Positions 9,522 through 19,788 of a DNA stretch of 64,000 nt are shown piece by piece. The stretch comes from Candidatus Bathyarchaeota archaeon (GTDB lineage Archaea; Thermoproteota; Bathyarchaeia; Bathyarchaeales; Bathycorpusculaceae). The stretch is taken from assembly GCA_963775465.1 (NCBI GenBank), contig CAVZIW010000002.1, positions 32,001 to 96,000 on the forward strand, written 5' to 3'. Made by a program: the position numbers and the translations under genes. Numbering within the stretch: position 1 is the first letter of the stretch; each line of letters starts with the position of its first letter. The notes under the pieces are model-generated. The model worked only from the letters and a program-made list of their open reading frames with translations. It did no database searches and was not told the DNA's origin.

Positions 9522-10739
9522 ATCACAGAAAAATTCGTTTTAGCATACTCCGGCGGGTTAGATACATCCGTTTTAATCAAATACCTCCAAGAAAAATGCA
9601 ACGGACAAGTAATCACAGTAACTGTGGACGTTGGGCAGCAAGAAGACATCAAAGCAGCTGAAGAAAAAGCCAAAAAACTTGGAGTGCTTAAACATTTTTC
9701 AGTAGACGCCAAAGAAGAGTTTGCTAAAGACTATATTTTTCCAGCTATCAAGGCTAATGCTCTGTACGAGGGTAAGTATCCCATTAGTACAAGTCTTTCT
9801 CGACCATTAATTGCTAAAAAGATGGTTGAAATCGCCGAAAAAGAAGGAGCAACAGGATTAGTGCATGGGTGTACTGGTAGAGGAAACGATCAAGTGCGTT
9901 TTGATATCTCTCTTAGTTCATTGGCGCCAGATATGAAAATTCTTGCCCCTATTCGTGAGTGGAGTTTGACACGTGAGGAAGAAATTGAATACGCTAGGAC
10001 TAAAGGTATTCATGTCTCTAATGCTGCTAAAAAATATAGTATAGACGCAAGCGTATGGGGGCGGGCTATCGAATGTGGGCTTTTAGAAGACGCAAGCCAA
10101 ACTCCTCCAGATGATGCTTTCGAATGGACCGTTGCACCTGAAAAGGCACCCGATAAACCTGAAATCATAACTATAACGTTTGAGGTGGGTGTACCCATAG
10201 CAATTAACGGCAAAAAGATGGCTCCTCTTGACCTTATTGAGGAAGTTAATAAAATTGCAGGGAGAAATGGGGTTGGACGAATCGACCATATCGAAGATCG
10301 CATAGTTGGTCTGAAATCTCGTGAATTATACGAGTGCCCAGCAGCAACAGTAATTTTGGAAGCACACAAAGATTTGGAAAAAATGGTGATGACTCGCCAC
10401 GAAGTTCTTTTCAAAGAGCAAGTTGACGCCCAATGGGTATTCCTAGCTTACGCCGGCTTATGGGCTGACCCCTTAAAAGATGACCTAGACGCCTTCATCA
10501 ATAAATCCCAAGAAAATGTAACCGGTGAGGTTAAACTCAAACTCTTCAAAGGAGGCCTTATAGTAATCGGACGGAGTTCACCCATGTCTCTCTACGACAA
10601 AAACTTAGCCAACTATAACATCAAAACAAGCTTTAACCAGTCATATTCGCATGGCTTTATCGAACTTTGGGGGCTCCAAACAAGAATGTACAATTCGCTA
10701 AAGAAAGCCGGAAAAAAGTCAAAGGCAAAGAGATCCTAA
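9522..10739 (+). CDS. argG: Argininosuccinate synthase
   Basis: The conserved N-terminus KFVLAYSGGLDTS is in frame upstream of the ORF-track start (9624); also HGCTGRGNDQVRF and GLKSRE.YE.P. Start placed tentatively at ATC 9522 (see findings). Confidence 0.95.
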   Translation: MTEKFVLAYSGGLDTSVLIKYLQEKCNGQVITVTVDVGQQEDIKAAEEKAKKLGVLKHFSVDAKEEFAKDYIFPAIKANALYEGKYPISTSLSRPLIAKKMVEIAEKEGATGLVHGCTGRGNDQVRFDISLSSLAPDMKILAPIREWSLTREEEIEYARTKGIHVSNAAKKYSIDASVWGRAIECGLLEDASQTPPDDAFEWTVAPEKAPDKPEIITITFEVGVPIAINGKKMAPLDLIEEVNKIAGRNGVGRIDHIEDRIVGLKSRELYECPAATVILEAHKDLEKMVMTRHEVLFKEQVDAQWVFLAYAGLWADPLKDDLDAFINKSQENVTGEVKLKLFKGGLIVIGRSSPMSLYDKNLANYNIKTSFNQSYSHGFIELWGLQTRMYNSLKKAGKKSKAKRS

Positions 10740-10777
10740 ATTCTTATAACCAGTAAGTTTGTTGAAGGGCGAGAAAA

Positions 10778-12244
10778 ATGTCAAAGATGCTGCATGGAGG
10801 ACGGTTGGGTAATGTCCGCGAAGATGTTGCTAAATTTTGTTCCTCCCGAAAAGATGACGTACGATTAGCTGAGGCTGTTTTAGAAATTAACAAGGTGCAC
10901 GTCGTCATGCTTATGGAAGAAAAAATAGTTCAGTGGTCAGAAGGAGCAAAAATCCTTTCGTCTCTTGACAAAATAGACAGCGAAAAACTTGACCCAAATG
11001 CAGAAGACGTTCATATGGCAATTGAAGAATCAGTGATTGCTGAGATAGGACCAGAAATTGGTGGAAACTTGCACATAGCCAAAAGCCGGAACGATCAAGT
11101 TACAACCGCCATTCGAATGGTGTTGCGCCAAGAGCTGCAAGAATTAATGCAACTAATCCTTAACATGCAGCAAAGCCTTCTAGAAGCAGCCAGTAAACAT
11201 ACCCAAACAATTATTTTAGAATACACTCACCTTCAACCAGCTCAACCTGTCACGTTTGCACACTATTTGCTGTCGCATGCTACTGCTTTAGGACGTGATT
11301 TAGAGCGGCTGCAAAGCGCTTACAGCCGAGTTAACCGGTGCCCGCTTGGGGCAGGTGCCTTGGCTACAACTAGCTTTCCAATTAACCGTAATAAAACAGC
11401 ATCGCTTCTTGGTTTTGATGCGGTAATGGAGAACTCCATAGATGCTGTTGGAAGCCGTGATTATATTGTTGAAACTTTAGCTGCACTTACTTTGCTTGCA
11501 ATAAACCTAAGTCGTCTAGCTGAGGATTTGATTGTTTGGAGCTCACCTGAATTTGGCACAATTGAGTTGCCTGATGAATTCACCTCAACCAGTAGTATTA
11601 TGCCTCAGAAAAAAAATCCTGAAGTACTTGAGGTCATTCGTGCACGGGCAAGCAATGCTTTGGGCGATTTTGTTGTTGCTGCTGCCGCCATTAAAAGTCT
11701 TCCAACAACTTACAATCTGGATTTCCAAGAGATAACACCGAAACTTTGGTCATCGATAGATAATCTCTCTGGTTCGCTGGATATGTTTGCCAAGTTAATC
11801 TCTGGAATCAAGGTCTCTAACAACGTTGAAGATAAAGCAGCATCAGGTTTTGTTGGTGCAACTGAGCTTGCGAACATGTTTGTACGCAAATACAATATTG
11901 CTTTCCGAACTTCGCATAAAATCGCAGGGGCTATAGTCAAGTCCTTAATAGATTCAAAAAAAACCTTAGTTGATGCTACTCCCGAACTTGTCCAGAAAAT
12001 AGCTTTAGACGCTGCAAACATCAAACTAACGATAAAAAGACAAGATTTGCTCGAATGCACAAATCCTCGCAAACTAGTCGAAACGTATAAAGTACTTGGA
12101 GGTCCATCTCCCAAAGAAGTTTATAGAGCAATAAAAGCACAAAATATGTCTCTGGCAAAGACGCGAGTAGACATCAACAAACTCAAGGAAAACCTCGCAG
12201 ACGCAAAAAGTACTCTAAACAAAACTGTAAAAAATTGCATTTGA
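10778..12244 (+). CDS. argH: Argininosuccinate lyase
   Basis: EDVHMAIE, KSRNDQV, YTHLQPAQP, SSIMPQKKNP signature. Confidence 0.95.
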   Translation: MSKMLHGGRLGNVREDVAKFCSSRKDDVRLAEAVLEINKVHVVMLMEEKIVQWSEGAKILSSLDKIDSEKLDPNAEDVHMAIEESVIAEIGPEIGGNLHIAKSRNDQVTTAIRMVLRQELQELMQLILNMQQSLLEAASKHTQTIILEYTHLQPAQPVTFAHYLLSHATALGRDLERLQSAYSRVNRCPLGAGALATTSFPINRNKTASLLGFDAVMENSIDAVGSRDYIVETLAALTLLAINLSRLAEDLIVWSSPEFGTIELPDEFTSTSSIMPQKKNPEVLEVIRARASNALGDFVVAAAAIKSLPTTYNLDFQEITPKLWSSIDNLSGSLDMFAKLISGIKVSNNVEDKAASGFVGATELANMFVRKYNIAFRTSHKIAGAIVKSLIDSKKTLVDATPELVQKIALDAANIKLTIKRQDLLECTNPRKLVETYKVLGGPSPKEVYRAIKAQNMSLAKTRVDINKLKENLADAKSTLNKTVKNCI

Positions 12245-12280
12245 CCAAAAACGATAAACTTAAAAATGTAAACTGATAGG

Positions 12281-13438
12281 TTGAATAGGGCTTTGGTCCC
12301 ACAAGATAGCACGTTCAATAAGAATAAAAAAGCAATACTGCTCCTTGAAGACGGAACGTCATTTATCGGTAAAGGGTTCGGTGCCATAGGAAAAATTTCT
12401 GGAGAAGTTGTTTTTTCTACCCAAATGGTTGGTTACCCTGAAGCCCTAACTGATCCATCGTACAAAGGGCAGATTTTAACTTTCACTTATCCAATGGTGG
12501 GCAATTATGGTGTTCCATCAGACGAGCAAAACCTTGGGCTTCCGCTTTACTTTGAGTCTGACCACATTCAAGTTCAAGGCTTAATTATCCATGAGCTCTG
12601 TCATGAACCGTTTCATTGGGCTTCAACTCGTACTCTTGACAGATGGCTTGCTGACGAGGGCGTTCCAGGTATCTACGGAGTAGATACAAGACGTTTAACA
12701 AAGAAATTGCGAACTCACGGTGTCATGCTTGGCATTCTGCAGACTTTCGAAGAGGGTATTAAGCCTGATTTGGATGCGTTGTTAGAGAATGGTAAAAACA
12801 TCGCTGACCCTAACCTTACAGACTTGGTTAAGGAAGTGTCAGTTAAGAAACCCATCACGTACAATGTAGATGGCAATAAAACTGTTGTGTTAATCGACTG
12901 TGGAGTCAAGTATAGTATCATTCGCAATTTATTGAAACGGGGAATAAACGTTGTCCGTGTGCCCTACGACACTTCTGCAAGTAAAGTATTGGGCTATTGC
13001 CCTGATGGTGTCTTTATAAGCAACGGTCCTGGCGATCCCAAAAAATGCGTAAAGACGATTGATTCTATCCGTGAGTTATCCGAAAAAGTTCCTTTAATGG
13101 GAATCTGTCTTGGTGCCCAAATCCTCTCTTTAGCGCTAGGAGGAGACACTTACAAACTTAAATTCGGTCATCGCGCTCAGAATCAACCTGCGCTTGATCT
13201 AAACAACAACCGTTGCTATATTACAACTCAAAATCATGGTTACGCAATAAATTTGGCTTCGTTAAAGGAAACGCCTCTTGAACCCTGGTTTGTAAACCCG
13301 AATGATAAGACAACTGAAGGTATCAAGCATAAATCCAAGCCAGTTTTTGCTGTGCAATGGCATCCTGAAGCCTCACCAGGACCTTACGATACGGAAATGT
13401 TGTTTGACAAGTTTGCCAAGACCTTGGAGGCGCCCTAG
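12281..13438 (+). CDS. carA: Carbamoyl-phosphate synthase small subunit
   Basis: GEVVFST.MVGY.E.LTDPSY, SNGPGDP, GICLG.Q, QWHPEA. Confidence 0.95.
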   Translation: MNRALVPQDSTFNKNKKAILLLEDGTSFIGKGFGAIGKISGEVVFSTQMVGYPEALTDPSYKGQILTFTYPMVGNYGVPSDEQNLGLPLYFESDHIQVQGLIIHELCHEPFHWASTRTLDRWLADEGVPGIYGVDTRRLTKKLRTHGVMLGILQTFEEGIKPDLDALLENGKNIADPNLTDLVKEVSVKKPITYNVDGNKTVVLIDCGVKYSIIRNLLKRGINVVRVPYDTSASKVLGYCPDGVFISNGPGDPKKCVKTIDSIRELSEKVPLMGICLGAQILSLALGGDTYKLKFGHRAQNQPALDLNNNRCYITTQNHGYAINLASLKETPLEPWFVNPNDKTTEGIKHKSKPVFAVQWHPEASPGPYDTEMLFDKFAKTLEAP

Positions 13439-13439
13439 T

Positions 13440-16400
13440 TTGCCCAAGTTTGATTGGATAAAGAAAGTCCTGGTTCTTGGCAGTGGCGCTATCAAAATTG
13501 GGGAAGCAGCCGAATTTGATTACAGCGGTAGCCAATGCTTGAAGGCTCTGCGTGAAGAAGGCATCAAGACTGTTCTTATTAACCCTAATATCGCTACGAT
13601 TCAAACTGATCCACGCTTGTCGGGAAAAGTGTACTTGTTGCCAGTTACGCCTGAATTTGTTGAAAAGGTCATCGCCAAGGAACGTCCAGACGGTATTCTT
13701 TTAGGCTTTGGTGGACAAACCGCTCTCAATTGTGGTCTAGAACTTGAAAAAACTGGGATTCTCCAAAAATACAATGTTAAAGTTCTAGGAACTCCAGTGC
13801 AGGCAATAGAAGATACGGGTGATCGTGAACGGTTCCGCCAAGCAATGCAAAAAGCAGGTGTTCCTTATCTGAAAAGCAGGGCTGCAACCAGCGTTAAGCA
13901 AGCGTTGGATATTGCGGATGAAATCAACTATCCCGTTATGGTTAGGGTAGCTTATACTTTGGGCGGTAAAGGTGCAGGGGTAGCACATAACCCTAAGGAA
14001 CTTAAAGAAATCGTAACAATCGGCATAGCGCAAAGCCGAATTAATCAAGTTCTTGTTGAAGAATATGTGGGTCATTGGAAAGAAGTCGAGTACGAAGTCA
14101 TGCGCGACTACGCCGATAACTGCTTAACTGTCTGTAACATGGAGAATTTTGACCCAATGGGGATCCACACCGGTGACTCCATTGTAGTTGCTCCATCACA
14201 GACTATGACCAACCGAGAATACCATCAAATACGCTCGATTTCCATAAACGCGATACGAAGTCTTGGTATTGTGGGTGAATGCAATATTCAATGGGCGCTG
14301 CATGCTAAGTCTGAGGAATGCCGGGTCATAGAAGTCAATTCACGTATGTCCCGTAGTTCTGCTTTAGCAAGCAAAGTCACCGGGTACCCGCTCGCATACA
14401 TCGCAACCAAACTCACTTTAGGCTACACCTTGCCCGAACTAATCAATAAAGTCACTGAAGTCACGACTGCTTGCTTTGAACCTGCTCTAGACTATATAAC
14501 AGTCAAGATTCCACGTTGGGACTTGCAGAAATTCAAAAACGCCGATCGTCATGTTGGTCCACAAATGCGAAGTGTAGGTGAGGTTATGGCGATTGGTCGC
14601 TGTTTTGAGGAGGCGTTGCAGAAAGCTGTTCGTATGCTCGACATCGGCAAGATTGGTTTGGTCTGCAACCCTGAAGATTGTGAAGCTGAGTCAGAAGAGC
14701 AACTTAGAAATGAAATGGCTCATCCTACTGACGAGCGTCTTTACAAGATTGCCAAAGCCCTCAAAATAGGGCTCTCGGTTATGGAAATCTATCGTATTAG
14801 CGGCGTTGACCCTTTCTTCCTCTATAAAATTCAAAACATTGTCGATATGGAAACTCAACTGTGTCATCTAAACTTAGCTGAAGAGTCTTCAGTTGAAGTT
14901 ATCCGTGAAGCTAAACGTTTAGGCTTCTCCGATGAGCAGATTGCTAAATGCCAAAAAACCAAAGAAGATACTATCCGCGCTTTTCGCAAAAATGCCAGTA
15001 TCCTTCCTGTTGTGAAACAGATTGATACGTTGGCTGCGGAATGGCCTGCAAAAACAAACTATCTCTACATGACTTATGGTGGAGATGAAGACGATATCGA
15101 ATTTGGTGACCACGCCAGTAAAGTCATTGTTTTAGGCGCAGGTGTGTTCCGAATTGGTTCCAGTGTCGAATTCGACTGGTGTGGTGTCAACACCATTTGG
15201 GCATTAAAGAAAAATGGCATTAAAGAAGCCATCATGGTTAACTATAACCCTGAAACTGTCTCTACTGACTACGACATATCTGACAAGCTTTACTTTGAAG
15301 AATTGACCAAAGAACGTATCTTAGACATTTACGAAAAAGAAAACCCGCTGGGTATCATTACCAGTGTTGGAGGTCAAATTCCAAATAATTTGTCTATTCC
15401 TCTTTCAGACGCGGGTGCGAATATTTTAGGTACCTCGGCTCAAGACGTAGACTTGGCAGAAGACCGCTCCAAATTCAGTGCACTTCTCGATCAGTTGAAA
15501 ATCTCTCAACCACCTTGGAGCAAACTGCAATCTATTGCAGAAGCCAAACGATTTGCGCAGAAAATCGGATACCCCGTTATTGTACGTCCCAGCTATGTTC
15601 TGTCGGGTTCGGCTATGCGGGTTGCTTATAACGAATCTTCTCTAGAGAATTTCCTGAACTTGGCAGCCAAAGTTGGACGCGATCACCCTGTAGTAATTAG
15701 CAAGTTTATTAACCGAGCCAAAGAAGTCGAAGTCGACGGTGTATCCGATGGAGAAAATGTATTCATAGGCGCAATCATGGAGCATGTCGAGAATGCAGGC
15801 GTCCATAGCGGTGATGCGACCATGACTATTCCACCTCAGGCGCTCAAAGTTGAAGTGCAAAAAGACATCGAAACAGCTACCATTAGCATCGTTAAAGCTC
15901 TTAAAATCCATGGCCCCTACAATATTCAGTACCTGGTCAAAGACGACGTTGTTAACGTTATCGAATGTAACCTTCGGGCATCGCGTTCCATGCCTTTTGT
16001 GAGCAAATGCCGCGGCATAAATATGATTGAATTGGCTACATTGGCGATGCTTGGTAAAAAAATTGACGGTGTTAAGTTGTCTCCTATGAAGGTTGCTCCT
16101 CATGTAGGGGTTAAAGTTCCTCAGTTTAGTTTCATGCGGTTAAGTGGGGCTGACCCTGTTTTGGGCGTGGAAATGCTCAGTACCGGTGAGGTCGCTTGTT
16201 TAGGAGAAAATTTCTCTGATGCTTTTAGCAAGGCGTTGCAGTCGGCTGAATTTAATATTCCGGCTAAAGATGGCGCTGTTCTTCTTAGTGTGGGTGGCGA
16301 CGAACAACGTAAAGCACGTGTGGTGCCGATTGGGAAGGCGTTTGCAGAGATGGGCTTTAAAATCTACGCAACAAAAAATACTGCGATAGTGCTCAGCGCT

Positions 16401-16715
16401 AACGGCATCGATGCAATTGTTCTCCACAAAGTTCGAGACCCCGAAGTTGCCCCAAACATACTTGACTGTTTGCAAGAACATAAAATTGATCTAGTAATCA
16501 ACGTGCCGATTGCGAATAGACGTTCAAACTTCTCTGCCATCTTAACTGATGGCTACATCATAAGGCGCCAAGCAGTAGAATTTAATGTTCCAGTAATTAC
16601 CAATTTGCAGCTTGCAGTTGCGCTTGTTGAGGTTCTAAAGACAAAAGGCAAAAACGGCAACAGCATTCGCAGTCTTAACGAATACATGGACGATTTACCC
16701 TGGAAGCACTGGTAA
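13440..16715 (+). CDS. carB: Carbamoyl-phosphate synthase large subunit
   Basis: GSGAIKIGEAAEFDYSG, two ATP-grasp domains and an MGS domain. TTG start at 13440 follows GGAGG and the carA stop. Confidence 0.95.
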   Translation: MPKFDWIKKVLVLGSGAIKIGEAAEFDYSGSQCLKALREEGIKTVLINPNIATIQTDPRLSGKVYLLPVTPEFVEKVIAKERPDGILLGFGGQTALNCGLELEKTGILQKYNVKVLGTPVQAIEDTGDRERFRQAMQKAGVPYLKSRAATSVKQALDIADEINYPVMVRVAYTLGGKGAGVAHNPKELKEIVTIGIAQSRINQVLVEEYVGHWKEVEYEVMRDYADNCLTVCNMENFDPMGIHTGDSIVVAPSQTMTNREYHQIRSISINAIRSLGIVGECNIQWALHAKSEECRVIEVNSRMSRSSALASKVTGYPLAYIATKLTLGYTLPELINKVTEVTTACFEPALDYITVKIPRWDLQKFKNADRHVGPQMRSVGEVMAIGRCFEEALQKAVRMLDIGKIGLVCNPEDCEAESEEQLRNEMAHPTDERLYKIAKALKIGLSVMEIYRISGVDPFFLYKIQNIVDMETQLCHLNLAEESSVEVIREAKRLGFSDEQIAKCQKTKEDTIRAFRKNASILPVVKQIDTLAAEWPAKTNYLYMTYGGDEDDIEFGDHASKVIVLGAGVFRIGSSVEFDWCGVNTIWALKKNGIKEAIMVNYNPETVSTDYDISDKLYFEELTKERILDIYEKENPLGIITSVGGQIPNNLSIPLSDAGANILGTSAQDVDLAEDRSKFSALLDQLKISQPPWSKLQSIAEAKRFAQKIGYPVIVRPSYVLSGSAMRVAYNESSLENFLNLAAKVGRDHPVVISKFINRAKEVEVDGVSDGENVFIGAIMEHVENAGVHSGDATMTIPPQALKVEVQKDIETATISIVKALKIHGPYNIQYLVKDDVVNVIECNLRASRSMPFVSKCRGINMIELATLAMLGKKIDGVKLSPMKVAPHVGVKVPQFSFMRLSGADPVLGVEMLSTGEVACLGENFSDAFSKALQSAEFNIPAKDGAVLLSVGGDEQRKARVVPIGKAFAEMGFKIYATKNTAIVLSANGIDAIVLHKVRDPEVAPNILDCLQEHKIDLVINVPIANRRSNFSAILTDGYIIRRQAVEFNVPVITNLQLAVALVEVLKTKGKNGNSIRSLNEYMDDLPWKHW

Positions 16716-16816
16716 CCAAAAATATCTTACACCTCATTTCTTTACTGTATCAGTGCTCTCTTACGTAAAAAATATATCTTTGAGTTTCCTTTTCGAATGC
16801 GTCAAGGTAACCTGCT

Positions 16817-18319
16817 TTGTCTAACCAAGCAAAGACTCGGACAGTAGAGGAAATTAATGCGAAAATTCGCAAGGGCGACGCTCAAATTTTAACCGTTGAG
16901 GAAATGAAGAAACTCGTGGACAGCAGTGGAGTAGAGGTTGCTTTTCGAGAAGTAGATGTAGTTACTACAGGTACATTTGGCGCTATGTGTAGTTCAGGCG
17001 CTGTGGTTAACGTAGGTCACTCTGATCCGCCGATAAAGATTGACAATGCTTGGATGAACAACGTGCCTGTATGCCACCCTGGTGCTGCAGTGGACTTATT
17101 CATTGGTGCCACAAACATGTCTGAGAAAATACCCTTCGAATATGGTGGTGGACATGTAATAGAAGATTTAGTCGCTGGAAACGAAATAGAACTCCGAGCA
17201 ACATCTTATGGGACTGATTGTTACCCTCGAACTTCTATTAAAACAACCTTGACAAAGGATGATTTGAACCAGTTTTATCTGATTAACTTCCGCAATGGAT
17301 ACCAACGTTACAACTGCGCGGTCAATGGAAGTGAGGAAATCATCTACACCTATATGAGTAAACTTTTGCCAAGGTTGCGAAACGCCACGTACTCTGGTGC
17401 GGGAGAACTCAACCCTTTGATGAATGACCCTGACTACGAAACCATGGGTATGGGTACTCGCATTTTCCTTGGAGGCGCTCAAGGTTACATTATTGGCGAA
17501 GGCACTCAGCATAGCCCTAAAAACCTAAGTGGAACTTTGATGGTCAAGGGAGATGCGAAAAAGATGTCGCCCGAGTTCTTGCAGGGTGCTGCCTTCACTG
17601 GGTATGGAACATCTTTGTATGTAGGTTTAGGTGTCCCGATTCCAATTTTAAACGAGGGATTGGCACGCAAGACTGCCATCCGTGACAGCGAAATTATGAC
17701 GGATATTGTTGATTACAGCGTACCCCGACGTGACCGCCCTAAGCTTGGTCAAGTCAGCTATGCAGAACTCAAATCAGGGTCCATTAACATTAATGGAAAG
17801 AAAATCCGCGTAAGCTCGCTTTCAAGTTTGAAAATGGCAAAGAAGGTTTCCCAAACGCTCAAAGAATGGATCGATGAAGGAAGCTTCTTTTTGACTTCAC
17901 CTGTGGAGCGTTTGCCAACGAACAGTACGTTTAAACCTATGCGTCAGACCGAGGAAATTCCTTTCGTGGTTAGCGTTATGCATCCAGCCATTACATGCAC
18001 TGAAAACGAAGAAATCCAAGTCATAGCCAAACTCATTGTTACAAATTCAGTTAACCACATAGTTGTTGTCGATGATGCAGGCAAACTTTTGGGTATCGTT
18101 ACTTCTTGGGACGTAACTAGAGCTATGGCGGAGGGCAAGAAAGCATTGGCTGACATAGAGACTCGCAGCGTTGTAACAGCCAAACCTGAAGAACCCCTTG
18201 AGATAGCCTCTAAACGCATGGCGCAGCACAACATCTCAGCTTTGCCTGTAATAAACATAGAAAGGAAGGTTCTTGGTATCGTTACAACTGAAGATGTGGC
18301 TAAATTGTTAGGAAGGTAA
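16817..18319 (+). CDS. L-aspartate semialdehyde sulfurtransferase (DUF39 + CBS pair; archaeal homocysteine biosynthesis)
   Basis: RTVEEINAKI...VDVVTTGTFGAMCSSGA, YGGGHVIEDLV, YGTDCYPR; two C-terminal CBS domains. Confidence 0.9.
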   Translation: MSNQAKTRTVEEINAKIRKGDAQILTVEEMKKLVDSSGVEVAFREVDVVTTGTFGAMCSSGAVVNVGHSDPPIKIDNAWMNNVPVCHPGAAVDLFIGATNMSEKIPFEYGGGHVIEDLVAGNEIELRATSYGTDCYPRTSIKTTLTKDDLNQFYLINFRNGYQRYNCAVNGSEEIIYTYMSKLLPRLRNATYSGAGELNPLMNDPDYETMGMGTRIFLGGAQGYIIGEGTQHSPKNLSGTLMVKGDAKKMSPEFLQGAAFTGYGTSLYVGLGVPIPILNEGLARKTAIRDSEIMTDIVDYSVPRRDRPKLGQVSYAELKSGSININGKKIRVSSLSSLKMAKKVSQTLKEWIDEGSFFLTSPVERLPTNSTFKPMRQTEEIPFVVSVMHPAITCTENEEIQVIAKLIVTNSVNHIVVVDDAGKLLGIVTSWDVTRAMAEGKKALADIETRSVVTAKPEEPLEIASKRMAQHNISALPVINIERKVLGIVTTEDVAKLLGR

Positions 18320-18323
18320 ACAT

Positions 18324-18752
18324 ATGGGAAGAATACTGATACGCTTTAACGAGGAACAAGTCTCAGAGCCGATTGCTTCACAAATTATAATTGAGCACAA
18401 AGTGCCGATGGCAATCTTAACAGCACACATTAACTCGAAGGGCGGGGAAATTCTTGCTGAAGTTCCCGATGACCAACTTCAAAAAGTCGTCGATGCATTC
18501 CGTAAACGGGGCGTTGCTATTATGGTGCCTAAACTCATCGAAGTAGATTCAGAAAAATGCTTCAGTTGCGGCAGTTGCGTAGCACTTTGCCCTGTTGAAG
18601 CAATTACCTTAGCACCGGATTCGACTGTACAGTTTGATAAAGTAAGATGTATGGGTAGCGCTTGCGGAATCTGCGTGGATGCTTGCCCTGCTCGAGCTAT
18701 TAAATCTGTCAAGCAAAACGGTGTCGACCTAATCAGGTTAAAGAAAAGTTGA
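18324..18752 (+). CDS. NIL-ferredoxin subunit of the homocysteine-synthesis system
   Basis: N-terminal NIL-like domain plus CxxCxxCxxxCP and a second Cys cluster; adjacent to DUF39-CBS. Confidence 0.85.
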   Translation: MGRILIRFNEEQVSEPIASQIIIEHKVPMAILTAHINSKGGEILAEVPDDQLQKVVDAFRKRGVAIMVPKLIEVDSEKCFSCGSCVALCPVEAITLAPDSTVQFDKVRCMGSACGICVDACPARAIKSVKQNGVDLIRLKKS

Positions 18753-19453
18753 CTGGCAACCTTCTGAGAGAAAATTTTCTTTTCAAAGAATCTCAATGCA
18801 CGATAATTTCTGATCAGGAAAAAGCCATTAGAATAGCTGTTGCCTCAATAAAGCAAAATTATCGAGAACTTGAACTCTACACGAGGGCAAACCCCAAATT
18901 TGTCCACGCTCTATCCCCTCTTCCTATACCTGATGAACCAGTAGTGGCCAAGCTGATGGCAGAGTTTGCCCAAAAGGCAGGTGTCGGTCCCATGGCTGCC
19001 GTAGCCGGAGCCATAGCAGATTTGGCTGTCAAAGACATGTTAAATGGAGGGTGCAAGGTAGCGGTGGTTGAGGATGGAGGCGAAATATCAGCCAACTCAA
19101 ACCAACCAATCGATATAGCAGTTGCTGCTGGTGAAGAGCCACTATCGAAACGTTTTGGATTTAGATTAACAGAGTTTCCGATAGGCGTTGCCACTAGCTC
19201 AGGACGCTTTAGTCACGCTATCAGTTTTGGGGATGCAGAGGCAGTGACGGTTTTTTGTAATAATGCAACTTTGGCAGATTCTGCAGCGACAGCAATCGGT
19301 AACACTGTGAAAGGCGAAGATGCCCACGTAGGAATTCAAGCAGGAATCGACAAAGCATTGTCAATTGAAGGTGTCCAAGGAGTATTCATCCTTTACAAAG
19401 GACAAGTTGGAACAGCTGGGAAAATTCCCCAAATAATAAAAATTCACGCTTAA
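18749..19453 (+). CDS. UPF0280/ApbE-like protein (COG2122; sulfur assimilation partner)
   Basis: GVGPMAAVAGAIAD, VEDGGEI, ATSSG, SFGDAEAVTV, ADSAATAIGN; 4-nt overlap with the upstream gene. Confidence 0.85.
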   Translation: MTGNLLRENFLFKESQCTIISDQEKAIRIAVASIKQNYRELELYTRANPKFVHALSPLPIPDEPVVAKLMAEFAQKAGVGPMAAVAGAIADLAVKDMLNGGCKVAVVEDGGEISANSNQPIDIAVAAGEEPLSKRFGFRLTEFPIGVATSSGRFSHAISFGDAEAVTVFCNNATLADSAATAIGNTVKGEDAHVGIQAGIDKALSIEGVQGVFILYKGQVGTAGKIPQIIKIHA

Positions 19454-19590
19454 GTTAGCTTTTCCTAATTTAGCCTCTTAAGCAAGGCAAGTAACTTGGC
19501 TAAGGCAACAACAAACGAAATTCCCATGAAACAAGAGTATTCTTGATTCCCACGAGCTCTGGAGCAGCGCCTTAAAGTTTACTTCAAATC

Positions 19591-19606
19591 CGAAACGCTT
19601 ATATTT
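19591..19606 (+). promoter_or_regulatory. BRE/TATA promoter of the aromatic operon leader
   Basis: CGAAACGC-TTATATTT about 35-40 nt upstream of the leader ATG at 19640. Confidence 0.6.
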
Positions 19607-19639
19607 TCAGGGACCTGACTGATTTGCAGGTTCGAAGCA

Positions 19640-19729
19640 ATGTCCAATCTAAGAAACACAGCGGTAAAAGCGGCTTCCCTGTTACACAGCTTCGAATACG
19701 GTTTTTATTATTTCGGTTATTTTACTTAA
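19640..19729 (+). CDS. Putative Phe/Tyr-sensing leader peptide, MSNLRNTAVKAASLLHSFEYGFYYFGYFT (29 aa)
   Basis: ATG...TAA ORF read directly from the sequence. Codons 18-28 contain 4 Phe and 4 Tyr. It ends 59 nt before the first gene of the aro/tyrA operon. Confidence 0.8.
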   Translation: MSNLRNTAVKAASLLHSFEYGFYYFGYFT

Positions 19730-19767
19730 GCCCAGAACTAAAAAATTTTTTAATAAAAGTTCTGGGC
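19730..19767 (+). terminator. Hairpin immediately after the leader stop (candidate attenuator)
   Basis: Perfect 10-bp inverted repeat GCCCAGAACT / AGTTCTGGGC; the loop contains a T6 tract (19746-19751). Confidence 0.6.
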
Positions 19768-19788
19768 AAAGCAAGGATGTAAAAACAA

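Noticed and set aside
13302-13439. N-terminal extension of carB in the ORF track
   Set aside because: It overlaps carA. A SD-preceded TTG at 13440 gives the normal N-terminus.
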